A stretch of DNA of 64,000 nt from the human T2T-CHM13v2.0 reference genome, Homo sapiens. A model generated the notes under the pieces. It was given only the letters and a program-made list of their open reading frames with translations, was not told the DNA's origin and ran no database searches. This document shows, one piece after another, positions 16,820-26,968 of the stretch (its first letter is position 1; each line of letters starts with the position of its first letter). The stretch spans positions 17,632,001-17,696,000 of the forward strand of contig CP068257.2 of NCBI GenBank assembly GCA_009914755.4, given 5' to 3'. A program made the position numbers and the translations under genes.

Positions 16820-16955
16820 TTCCTCCTTCACTTTCCTCCCATTCCTCTCCTTTCCTCTTCTTCTCCCTCCCCTTCAAATTCTTTTCTTCTTCTTCTTCTT
16901 CCTGTTCATTTCCTTCTTTGTCTCTTTCTCCTTCTTTTCTGTCTATATCTACCTA
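16820..16955. repeat. CT-rich polypyrimidine low-complexity tract containing a (TTC)n run
   Basis: 'cctccttcactttcctcccattcctctcctttcctcttcttctccctccccttcaaattcttttcttcttcttcttcttcctgttcatttccttctttgtctctttctccttcttttctgtc'. Confidence 0.75.
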
Positions 16956-17089
16956 CATGTTGTTAATTTACATATAATATGTATTGCTATTTTCTCCTTG
17001 AAACTGATTTTTATCCATGCATTTTATAGCCCTTAGCTTGGGGATAAAATGAAAACAATAAGAAATATTGAAATCCTCTTGAAATATTA

Positions 17090-17180
17090 CAATGCATGTC
17101 TGATGTGTTCCCAATGTCCTGAATAGTGCCTGGCTCATAGCAATTGTTCAATAATTGTTTGCTGAGTGAAGGAATTATTT
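17090..17180 (+). mobile_element. MIR (mammalian-wide interspersed repeat) 3'-end fragment
   Basis: 'gaatagtgcctggctcatagcaattgttcaataattgtttgctgagtgaaggaatta' resembles the MIR consensus tail 'agtgcctggcacatagtaagcgctcaataaatgtttgttgaatgaatgaa'. Confidence 0.45.
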
Positions 17181-17334
17181 TGCTTGCTTCTACTCTTGTT
17201 CTTCTAAAATCTTCCCATCAACAAGTTACAAAAGTTTTGAAAGATGTCTTGAGTCAGAACATACAATATTTGCTCCATAAGTACTTGAAGAAAATAAATA
17301 CTGTAAGATGACCATCTCACTTTTATATTGAAAC

Positions 17335-17728
17335 AGATGATTGAATAAAGATGTGGTATATATACACCATGGAATACTATTCTGCCATAAAAAAGAATGA
17401 AATCATGTCTTGTGCAGCAACACGGATGGAGCCAGTGGCTGTTATATTAAGTGACACAACTCAGAAACAGCAAGTCAAATACCACACGTTCTTAGTGATA
17501 TGTGGGAGATAAATGATGTGTACACATGAACATAGAGTGTGGAATTGTAACACTGAACACTTGGAAGGGTGGGAAGGTGGTGACGGATGAGAAATTATTT
17601 AATGGGTATAATGTACATAATTCAGGTGATGGATACATCGAAAGTCCAGACTTTACCACTATCCAATATATCCAGGTAACAAAACTGCACTTGTTCCCCT
17701 TAAACTTACACAAATTAAAAAATAAAAT
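17335..17728 (+). mobile_element. Older L1 (L1PB/L1M-type) 3'-terminal fragment covering the ORF2 C-terminus and 3' UTR
   Basis: 'gaataaagatgtggtatatatacaccatggaatactattctgccataaaaaagaatgaaatcatgtcttgtgcagcaacacggatggagc...ctcagaaacagcaagtcaaataccacacgttc...' parallels the L1 consensus '...aaaatgtggtacatatacaccatggaatactactcagccataaaaaagaatgagatcatgtcctttgcag...'; ends with an A-rich tail 'caaattaaaaaataaaat'. Confidence 0.75.
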
Positions 17729-18569
17729 CTTACATGGCTTCTCATTGTCCCATCTTCTGCAAGCCCAAGAATGTCCTACAAGGTCTCTCTGCAGCCGGTC
17801 TGTCCAACCTCATCAGTTTCCTCATTGTTTATTTGCTGGAACCTACATAATGTTTCTGTCTGTCTCAAACCTGTCAATTTGTGTTCTGTCCCCAAAGCCT
17901 ATCAATTTCATATTTTACCCCACTATAATGATCTTCCTTACTATTAGCTAGCTGTCTCCTTTACATCATTCGAGATTGTTTTTTCATCCCTTCCTCAGAG
18001 AAGACATTAATGACCACCTTAACACTGGCCTCTTCAAAGGAATTATCTCTGATGAATTCATGTTATTTAAATACCTGTTTATCTTTTTCTCCAACAGAAT
18101 GTAAACTCTATATGTGTAGGTTAACTTATCACCCAGGTCCCTGCTTATTAGTTCTTAATAAAAATTTGCTGATTTGCATAATTATTCCATCTGTATTGTT
18201 TTTCAGAAAAATGAGTAGGTCTTTTCAAGTCCAATTCTTTCCCTTGATACCTGAATATCTTCTACACTTGAGTTCTCAGAGACCTGACACTTTCAAAGAC
18301 CTATTCTTTCTATTATACCATATTCCATTTTTATGTAGTTTTTATTATACAGTTGTACTCTAGAACTGTACTGTTCAATAAGGCAGACACTAGCCACATG
18401 AAGTGATGTAAAATCAAATTAAAATTAAATTAAATTAACTAAAATGAAATAAAATTAAAAATTCAGTTCCTCTGGTGAGGTAGCCTCATTATAAGTGCTC
18501 AGAAGTTACACCACTCTCCAGATTTGGAACTTGTATTTGTGTTTTTGCATCAGATATTATTTTTATGAG

Positions 18570-18905
18570 AAAGAAAAGGTTGCAATGGACTGAATGTTTG
18601 TGCCCTCCAAAAATTCATATGTTGAAATCCTAACCCTCAAGGTATTAGGAGAAGGGACTTTTTGGACATGATTAAGTCATGAAGGTGGAACCCTCATGAA
18701 TGGGAATAAGGTCCTTATGATTCTCCTACCAGGTGAAGACACGGTCAGAAGAATCATCTTTGAACCAGAAAGCTGGACCTCACCAGACACTGAATCTGGC
18801 GGTGCCTTCATCTTGAACTTTCCAGCCTCCAAATAGGTGAAAAATAAATTTCTGTTGTTTATAAGCTATTCTGTTTAAATTATTTGATTATTGCAGCCCA
18901 AATAG
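18570..18905 (+). mobile_element. Ancient MaLR-type LTR (MLT1-like), partial
   Basis: 'tgtgccctccaaaaattcatatgttgaaatcctaaccc...tcatgaaggtggaaccctcatgaatgggaataaggtcc...ccagacactgaatctggcggtgccttcatcttgaactttccagcctccaaataggtgaaaaataaatttctgttgtttataagct...ttattgcagcccaaatagatgaagccaaaaag' follows the remembered consensus '...tgtgagaaataaatttctgttgtttaagccacccagtctatggtattttgttatagcagcccgaatggactaagaca'; the family name is uncertain. Confidence 0.5.
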
Positions 18906-20150
18906 ATGAAGCCAAAAAGTTATATTAGCCCCTTTCGTTTGGAGAAAAAATTATATTATCGTTGTTGTATTTGTTATTCTATATTTATTACATACATGTA
19001 ATATCCAGATAATAAACATGTTCAAAATGTATTTTCTACTGTATGTTTTTTCTATTCTTTATTGTTTTTCTTTGCTACCATTTTATTCTTTTGCTGCTTT
19101 CTGTTGAGATGATCAAGTCTTTGATATTGTACTTTTTTCCTTATTAGTTTGAAAGATATAAATTTGTTTCTGATCAATACGATGTTAATATGCATTCAAT
19201 ATTTAAAATACAAAGGTGATGTCCCTCTGCTCTTGCACAAGAAAGATACAAGAATTTTCTCATAAATTGTGTTGAACCCACTAAAATATTTGATCTTAGT
19301 TGTTAGATATACTAATTCATAATTGTTTTTAACCTATTAGAAATTAGTTTTATTTTGAGTTGGCCTGTTTTTTGGGCCCTTCTTATTTAGACTTACCCAT
19401 GAAATTACCAAGCTCTTTGCTCAGTACTGCTTCCTGTTCCTGTTTCTTTCTTTTAAAATTGCATTCTTTTACCTGTGGAGCGTACCCTAAGTGTACTTAG
19501 TGGCAAAATCGTGTTGTTAGTCTGCAATACTTTTTATTCTATTGCTCTTCAGATTATTCTCTTTGAATTTACCAGGATGGCATTAATGTTGACCCTCAGT
19601 TTAACTAAACAGATGACAAATTTCTTGCTACAGGACCCTGAACTGTCTTCTTAGAGCATTTATATGAGAAGACTTGCAATTATTAATTCTTTTTCTACCC
19701 CTTTAAGACACAAATCTTCTCCTAGCCTTTTTGTCAGTTTTACAGCCCAGCAGTGTCTTTCTCAAGGACCTTGGAGCCACGCTTTTGAAAAGTCATCATC
19801 TTTCATTTTTTGTGGGTGAATAAGTGCCTAATTTCAGTAAGCTACAATTAGCAAACGTAGGCGGCCTAATCACATTAACCAAACTCGCCCCTAAATTTTC
19901 CACTAGTTTAACCCAAAGCTCTAGAACTCTCCTGTCTTTTCTTTCAACTGAATTGAATCTCCCTTCTTTATGCCAATAATCTTGACCCCTATTGAAAAAT
20001 CTTGAATAAATTCTTCCTCACCTGTTTAATTCATCCAGTAATTTTTTTCTTTGATGGAATTTGGTGCACTGTCAATTTCTGTTTTTGTATTTGATTTATA
20101 AAGTATTTATTCAATATGAGATATCATGTTTTTTATTAATTTTAAAAAAA

Positions 20151-20354
20151 TTAGCAATATTTTCTTAACTATTGCCTTTTCCCACTCTTTTCATTTTTAA
20201 TTTTTTGTTCTGACATGTTGCCCTTCACAATCCAGCTTCCAGGTAGCTTCAAATTAGCAATATTTTCTTAACTGTGGACTTTCTCCACTCTTTTCATTTT
20301 TAATTTTTTGTTCTGACTTGTTGCCCTTCACAATCCAGCTTCCAGGTAGCTTCA
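20151..20354. repeat. Two-copy tandem duplication of a 101-bp unit, ~92% identical
   Basis: Copy 1 20151-20251 'ttagcaatattttcttaactattgccttttcccactcttttcatttttaattttttgttctgacatgttgcccttcacaatccagcttccaggtagcttca'; copy 2 20254-20354 'ttagcaatattttcttaactgtggactttctccactcttttcatttttaattttttgttctgacttgttgcccttcacaatccagcttccaggtagcttca'. Confidence 0.9.
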
Positions 20355-20457
20355 TTTATCTTTCAAAAACATCATATCATTAATTCAGAATCTTTATCAG
20401 GCCTTAAATACATTTTATTTGAAATGGATTCACATTCCAATGTGAATTATATTCCTC

Positions 20458-20590
20458 ACCCCCTCCTTTCTTCCCTCCCTCCCTCCTTTCCTTTCTTTCT
20501 TCCTTCCTCCCTCTCTCCCTCCCTTCGTTCCTTCCTTCCTTTCTTATTTTTCTTTTATTTCTCGTGTGTGTGTGTGTGTGTGTGTGTGTG
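20458..20590. repeat. (CCTY)n polypyrimidine tract followed by a (GT)13 microsatellite
   Basis: 'ccccctcctttcttccctccctccctcctttcctttctttcttccttcctccctctctccctcccttcgttccttccttcctttctt...' then 'gtgtgtgtgtgtgtgtgtgtgtgtgtg' (20564-20590). Confidence 0.9.
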
Positions 20591-23502
20591 GTTGATTTTC
20601 TTCACATCCAAGGACAAATATAGCAGATCAGCAGATCATATGGCTACATTCTGCTTCGCAAAGGTGTGCAGTAAACTCACGATCCCTTGATCCTTAGAAA
20701 GTTTGGCAGCATTTTTTTTTTCAGTCCCATTTCAAGACCACAAAGTCTGGTTTCAGTTGATAATACAGGATCAGGCCGTTGTCTCTTTAGGCTTATTTTT
20801 ATTCCCCTTTATCCATGTCTTGCTTTAGAAACTGTAATCTAGCACATACCAATATTCAGTTTTCCACAATCTCTGCCACTATGTGTTTCTATTCCATTTG
20901 TGGAGCACAGAAATATTTGTATTGCTTCAGAGCTCATCAATATTTGTTTAGTTGTTCTTTCTGTTTATCTAACAGTGTTATTTGTTTGGTGGGAAAGGTG
21001 CAACCAGATGTGAATTATTTGTACCACAATGACAAGAAGTTCGTGAATCGAGTTTACATATTTATACATCTATGCTGGCTGGAGATTTACATGTGAATAT
21101 TCTTAATGACTATATACTCTACGCATATTGCCAGTTGCCTTCACAGTAACTTCGTTTGAATGTCACAAGTGCATATTCAAGTTAAAAACATACAAATCAG
21201 AACTCTTCCCAATCTTCTCCATTGCAATAAATAAAATAGCTCCACGTTCTTGCAAACTCAAGCAAATAAACTGTCCTAGACTCCTTTGCTTCACATCAGC
21301 TCCATCAAATGTAATACCTAGTTCTCATCATTCTTCATCTCCGTTGCTATTTTGTGAAACTAAATATTCACTACCCACTTACACTTAATCTTGTCACCAT
21401 ATTTATTCCCTTCACAGCATTTATCACACCCTGAAGGGGGTTTGTTAATATATTTTTGTTAATGACATCATTTACCTATTGAACACTGATTGTCTTCCTG
21501 TTCACAGAGCTTTTCCGAATTCATTATAAGAACTCAGCAAATCTTGGGTAAACCAGTAAAAAACATCCATCAGTATTAGATGGCTACATTACGCATTACC
21601 AGAAGTCAGGATTTCTGGTAACATAGCCCGCTTTCGTTTCTCAACAATGTACATTATAAAAAAGATGTAGGCAAATGTTTAATTTTACTTTCAAACTTTT
21701 ATTTAATTTATACTGGGTTTCATATATAAAAGAAAAATAAAAACCATTTTTCATTGCTATTTCATATAAATTGAAACTATGGAAAATGTAATTCCTTGAT
21801 AATGTGGTTTATTCCCTGAAATATAATATTTAATTATGTAAGTTTGCATCAGATACAACCTGTCTACACTCTGACTTTTCTGAAATATTAAAATATGCCA
21901 ACCCAAATATGATATTCTCCTGAAAGTGTTTACTTGAGAGACTTTATTTTCATAGTAAGACAACAACTTTTGTTTGGAGTGCATTTCCTATTCTCATTCC
22001 CCTTAAATATAAATGGGCTTAATGCCCCAATTAAAAGACACATGGCAAGCTGGATAGAGTCAAGACCCATCAATGTGCTGTATTCAAGAGACCCAACTCA
22101 TGTGCAAAGACACACACAGGCTCAAAATATAGGGATGCAGGAAAGTGTATCAAGCAAATGGAAAGCAGAAAAAAGCAGAGGTCGTCATCCTAGTTTCTGG
22201 CAAAACAGATTTTAAACCAATGAAGATTAAACAAGAAAAAGAAGGACATTACATAATGGTAAGAGGTTCAATTCAACAAGAAGAGCTAACTATCCTAAAT
22301 ATATATATCCCCAATACAGGAGGACCCAGATTCATAAGGAGGACCCAGATTCATAAAACAAACTCTTACAGACCTGCAAAGAGACTGAGACTTCCAAACA
22401 ATAATAGTCGGTGACTTTAACATCCCACTGTCAATATTAGACAGAATATTAGCAAGATATTCTGGAGGCCTGAACTCAGCTCTGCATCAAGTGGACCTGA
22501 TAGGTATCTACAGAACTCTCCACCCAAAAACAACAGAATATACATTCTTCTTGGCACCACATGACACTTATTCTAAAACTGACCACATAATTGGAAGTAA
22601 AAACACTCAGCAAATGCAAAAGAACTGAAATCATAACAAACAGCCTCTCAGACCACAGCACAGTTAAACTAGAACTCAAGGTTAAGAAACTCACTCAAAA
22701 CCACACAATCACATGATAATTTAACAACCTGCTCCTGAATGACTCCTGAGTATATAGTGAAATTAAGGCAAAAATCAGGAAGTTCTTTGAAACTAATGAG
22801 AACAAAGAATCTCTGGGATGCAACTAAAGTAGTGTTAAGAGGAAAATTTATAGCACTAAATCCCTATATAAAAAAGCTAGAAAGATCTCAAATCAACCTC
22901 CTAACACCACAACTAAAAGAGCTAGAGAACCAAGAGCAAACAAACCCCCAAACTAGCAGAAGACAAGAAAAAGACAAGCTCCAAGCTGAACTGAAGAAGA
23001 TAGAGACATGAAAAACTCTTCAAAAAATCAATGAATCCAGGAGCTGGTTTCTTGAAAAAAATAATAAAATAGACCACTAGATAGATTAATAAAGAAGAAA
23101 AAAGGGATAAATCAAATAGACAAAAAATGATAAAGGGGATATGACCACTGACCCCACAGAAATACAAACCATTAAATAATACTATAAACATCTCTATGCA
23201 AATAAACTAGAAAATCTAAAAGAAATGGATAAATTCCTAGACATATACACACTCCCAAGCCTGAATCAGGAAGAAGTTGAATCACTGAATAGACTAATAA
23301 CAAGTTTTGAAATAATAAATAGCCTACCAACCAAAATAAGCCCAGGGCCAGATGGATTTAGAGGTAAATTCTACCAGAGGTACAAAGAGGAGCTAGTACT
23401 ATTTCTTCTGAAACTATTCCAAACAACTGAAAAGGCGGGACTCCTCCTTAACTCATTTTATGAGGCCAGTATCATCCTCATGCCAAAACCTGGCAGAGAT
23501 AC

Positions 23503-23537
23503 AACAACAACAACAACAACAACAACAACGACAACAA
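23503..23537. repeat. (CAA)n trinucleotide microsatellite that arose inside L1 ORF2
   Basis: 'acaacaacaacaacaacaacaacaacgacaacaa'; it translates as the poly-Thr run in track ORF 23225..23563. Confidence 0.9.
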
Positions 23538-25540
23538 AGAAAACTTTAGGCCAATATCACTGATGAACATTGGTTTAAAAATCCTCAATAAAATACTGAC
23601 AAACAGAATCCACCAGCACAACAAAAAACTTACTCACCTTGATAAAGTCAGCTCCATCCCCAGGATGCAAAGCTGGTTCAATGTACACAAATCAATAAAT
23701 GTAATTTATCACATAAACAAAACTAAAGACAAAAACCACATGATTACCTCAACAGATGCAGAAAAGGCCTTGGATAAAATTCCACATCTTTTCGTGTGAA
23801 AAACTCTCAATAAACTAGATATTGAGGACATATACCTCAAAATAATAAGAGCCATTTATGAAAAACCTACAGCCAATATCATGTTGAATAGGCAAAAGCT
23901 GGAGGCATTACCCTTGAAAATCAGCACAAAACAAAGATGCCTTCTCTCACCACTCCTATTCAACATAGTATTCAAAGTTCAGGCCAGGGCAATCAGGCAA
24001 GAGAAAGAAATAAAGGGTATTCACATAGGAAGAGAAGAAGTCAAACTGTCTTTGTTTGCAGATGACATGATCCTATAATCAATGTGCAAAAATCACAAGC
24101 ATTCCTATACACCAACAACATATAAGCAGAGAGCCAAATCATGAAGGAACTCCCATTCACAATTTCTATAAAGAGAATAAAATACCTAGGAATACACTTA
24201 ACAAGTGAAGTAGAGGACCTCTTCAGGTAGAACTACAAACCACTCCTCAAAGAAATCAGAGAGGAAGGAATAAAAGGAAAAAAACCCCATTCCCACGGAG
24301 AGAAAGAATCGATATCATGAAAATGGCCATATTGCCCAGAGTAATTTGTAGATTCAATGCTATTCCCATCAAACTACCATTGACATTCTTTACAGAATAT
24401 GGAACCAAAAAATAGCTTGTATACCAAAGACACTCCTAAGCAAAAAGAACAAAGCTGGAACCATCACGCTACCCAACTTCGAACTATACTACAAAGCTAC
24501 AGCACCCAAAACAACATGGTACTTGTACAAAAACTGACACAGACCAATTGAACACAGTAAAGAATTTAGAAATAAGACTGCACATCTAAAACAATCTGAT
24601 CTTGGACAAACCTGACAACAACAAGCAATGGGGAAAAATTCCCTATTTGATAAATGGTGATAGAACTGGCTAGCCATATGCACAAAATTTAAACTGGACT
24701 CCTTCCTTACACCTTATACAAAAATTAACTCAAGATGGACTAAAAACATAAATGTCAAACCCAAAACTATAAAAAACCCTAGAAGAAAATATAGATAATA
24801 CCATTCAGCCACAGGCAAAAATTTCATGACAAAAACATCAAGACCAACTGCAACGAAAGCAATAATTTACAAATTGGGTCTAATTAAACTTAAGAGCTTC
24901 TGCAGAGCAAAATAAACTATCATCAGAGTGAACAGACAACCTACAGAATGGTATAAAATGTCTGCACCCTATCTATCTGACAAAGGTCTAATATACAGAG
25001 TCTACAAGGAACTTAAACACATTTACAAGAAAAAAAAATCCCATTAAAAACTGGGCAAAAGATATGAACAGACACTTCTCAAAAGAAGACATTTATGTGG
25101 GCAAGAAACATATGAAGAAAAGTTCAACATCAGTCTTCATTAGAGAAATGTAAATCAAAACTACAATGAGATACTATCTCACATCAGTCAGAATGGCGAT
25201 CATTAAAAAGTCTGGAAACAACAGATGCTGGCAAGGCTGTGGAGAGTTAGGAATGCTTTTACGCTGTTGGTGGGACTGTAAATTAGTTCAACCATTGTGG
25301 AAGATAGTTTGGCGATTCCTCAAAGACCTAGAACCAGATATACTATTTGACCCAGCAATCATATTACTGGGTATAAACCCAAAAGAATATAAATCTTTCT
25401 ATTATGAAGACACATGCATGTGTATGTTCATTGCAGCACTATTCATAATAGCAAAGACATGGAATCAACCGAAATGTCCATCAGTCATAGACTGGATAAA
25501 GAAAATGTAGTACATATACACCATGGGATACTATGCACAC

Positions 25541-25612
25541 ATCAGAAGTGTCTGATTTCAATTATGGAACATGAACATTACATAGTGAGCCCAGGACTTC
25601 TTGTTGTACCAG
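25541..25612 (+). other. ~72-bp non-L1 patch inserted in the L1 ORF2 3' region, replacing ~13 bp of consensus ('agccataaaaaag'); homologous to 26886-26952
   Basis: L1 reads '...ccatgggatactatgcacac[atcagaagtgtctgatttcaattatggaacatgaacattacatagtgagcccaggacttcttgttgtaccag]aatgagataatgtcctttgcagggacatgg...'; the bracketed segment has no counterpart in any L1 consensus I know. Confidence 0.7.
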
Positions 25613-26885
25613 AATGAGATAATGTCCTTTGCAGGGACATGGACGGAACTGCAAGTCATTATCCTCAGCAAACCAATGCAAGAACAGAAAACCAAACACC
25701 ACATGTTCTCATTCATAAGTAGGAGCTGAACAATGAGAACACATGGACCCAGGGAGGGGAACATCACACACTGGGGCCTGTAAGCAGAAGGGAGTTCTTG
25801 GGGGGAAAGAGAACATCAGGAAAAATAGCTAATGTGTAGGGGGCTTAATACTTAGGTGAGGGGTCAACAGGTGTAGCAAACCACCATGGCACATGTATAC
25901 CTATGTAACAAACCTGCACATTCTGCACATGTACCCCGAAGCTTAAAATAAAATAAAAATTTTTAAAAAATAGTTTCAGAAAATTATTGTAAAAACACTT
26001 AGTAACAAATCAATACAATTTGTGTTTATGTATTATCAATAACAATTTTTTAAAGTTTACATACTACATCTCAATTCAATAGACTTGGGAATTTTTTAGA
26101 TCACAGTAATATTTAAATAGATTTTAATCTGCTGAATACTTCTGTTTCTTTTCCTGTAAAACAGGAAAATGCTCAGCAGCTGGGATTCTTAAGACTACAT
26201 ATAAGTGATGTATAGAAGTACAGTGCCTAGCAAATATATGTTCTTGAAAGTCTTTGCTATACTCACAAATTTCTCCTCAAGTTTTTAGTTTATCGTTTAT
26301 CACTCAATTGATACCTCATATCTAAGAACTAGTTCAGACGTAGGCCATAAATATTAACCTATGAATTCAAGGCTAGTTATTAATCAGATTTTTTAACCTT
26401 TTATGTTACACGTGGTTTCTGTTTGAATAACAGATTGTGTTTTACTCTTGAAATGAAGTAACATAAATCTTGAAAGCTAGTTGTGAATTGTTTATGAGGT
26501 GCAATGTAACTAAAAAAATGAATTTCAGCTTTTCCTTGTGCTTATAGATATTTAAATACAAAATGATTAGAGATAGATAATGTAAATGTAATCATCACAG
26601 ATGATTACATTACAATACAAAATGTACCTTTCTTACATAAAAATTTTAAGTAGTAGACATGCTAGAAAATGCTGATAAAAAGTCAAAACTTAAATATCAC
26701 CCATCAGCTCATTTTCATACTCCAAATCTTTGACCAGATCTATGTGTCTGTGTTTGTGTATATATCTGCATGTCTGTATAATTTTACCTGTAGTCTGTCC
26801 ACCTAGTGAACAATGAGCAGGCACTCAGACTGGCCGGAATTTGGCTTTCATACTCCTATATGAAAATAAACCAGGGCTCTCTGGG

Positions 26886-26968
26886 GAAGTGGCTGATTTC
26901 AGTTGTGGACATGAATGTCACATAGTGAGCCCAGGACTTCTTGTTGTACCAGGAAAAAAAAAAAAAAA
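26886..26968 (+). other. Second copy (~88% identical over 67 bp) of the 25544-25612 sequence, terminated by a 15-nt poly(A); possibly a retroposed 3' end
   Basis: 'gaagtggctgatttcagttgtggacatgaatgtcacatagtgagcccaggacttcttgttgtaccagg' + A15. The last 33 bp 'acatagtgagcccaggacttcttgttgtaccag' are identical to 25580-25612. The minus-strand track ORFs 25558..25767 and 26856..27128 share 'WYNKKSWAHYV', which confirms the homology independently. Confidence 0.65.

Larger units (their letters stand above)
21985..25950 (+). mobile_element. L1 LINE (older L1PA/L1PB-type), 5'-truncated at the start of ORF2 (ORF1 absent). ORF2 is broken by frameshifts and stops; the 3' UTR ends in an A-rich tail
   Basis: Track ORFs read as L1 ORF2. 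21934..22215 'NINGLNAPIKRH' and 22145..22414 'YQANGKQKKAEVVILVSGKTDFKPMKIKQEKEGHYIMVRGSIQQEELTILNIYIPNTG' are the endonuclease domain. 23225..23563 '[66 protein letters not shown]' and 23881..24078 '[64 protein letters not shown]' are reverse transcriptase. 25166..25510 'MRYYLTSVRMAIIKKSGNNRCWQGCGELGMLLRCWWDCKLVQPLWKIVWRFL' is the C-terminal domain. The 3' UTR reads '...ccaccatggcacatgtatacctatgtaacaaacctgcacattctgcacatgtaccccgaagcttaaaataaaataaaaa'. Confidence 0.95.

Noticed and set aside
17526-17951. 141-aa plus-strand ORF
   Set aside because: It begins inside the old L1 3' UTR fragment (17335-17728) and runs into unique AT-poor flank. It has no homology signal and is attributed to chance.
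21934-25510. Several ORFs with clear reverse-transcriptase and endonuclease homology (22145..22414, 23225..23563, 23563..23799, 23881..24078, 25166..25510)
   Set aside because: These are fragments of a single degraded L1 ORF2 separated by frameshifts and stops. They are annotated as a mobile element, not as a functional gene. No intact ORF2 (~1275 aa) or ORF1 is present.
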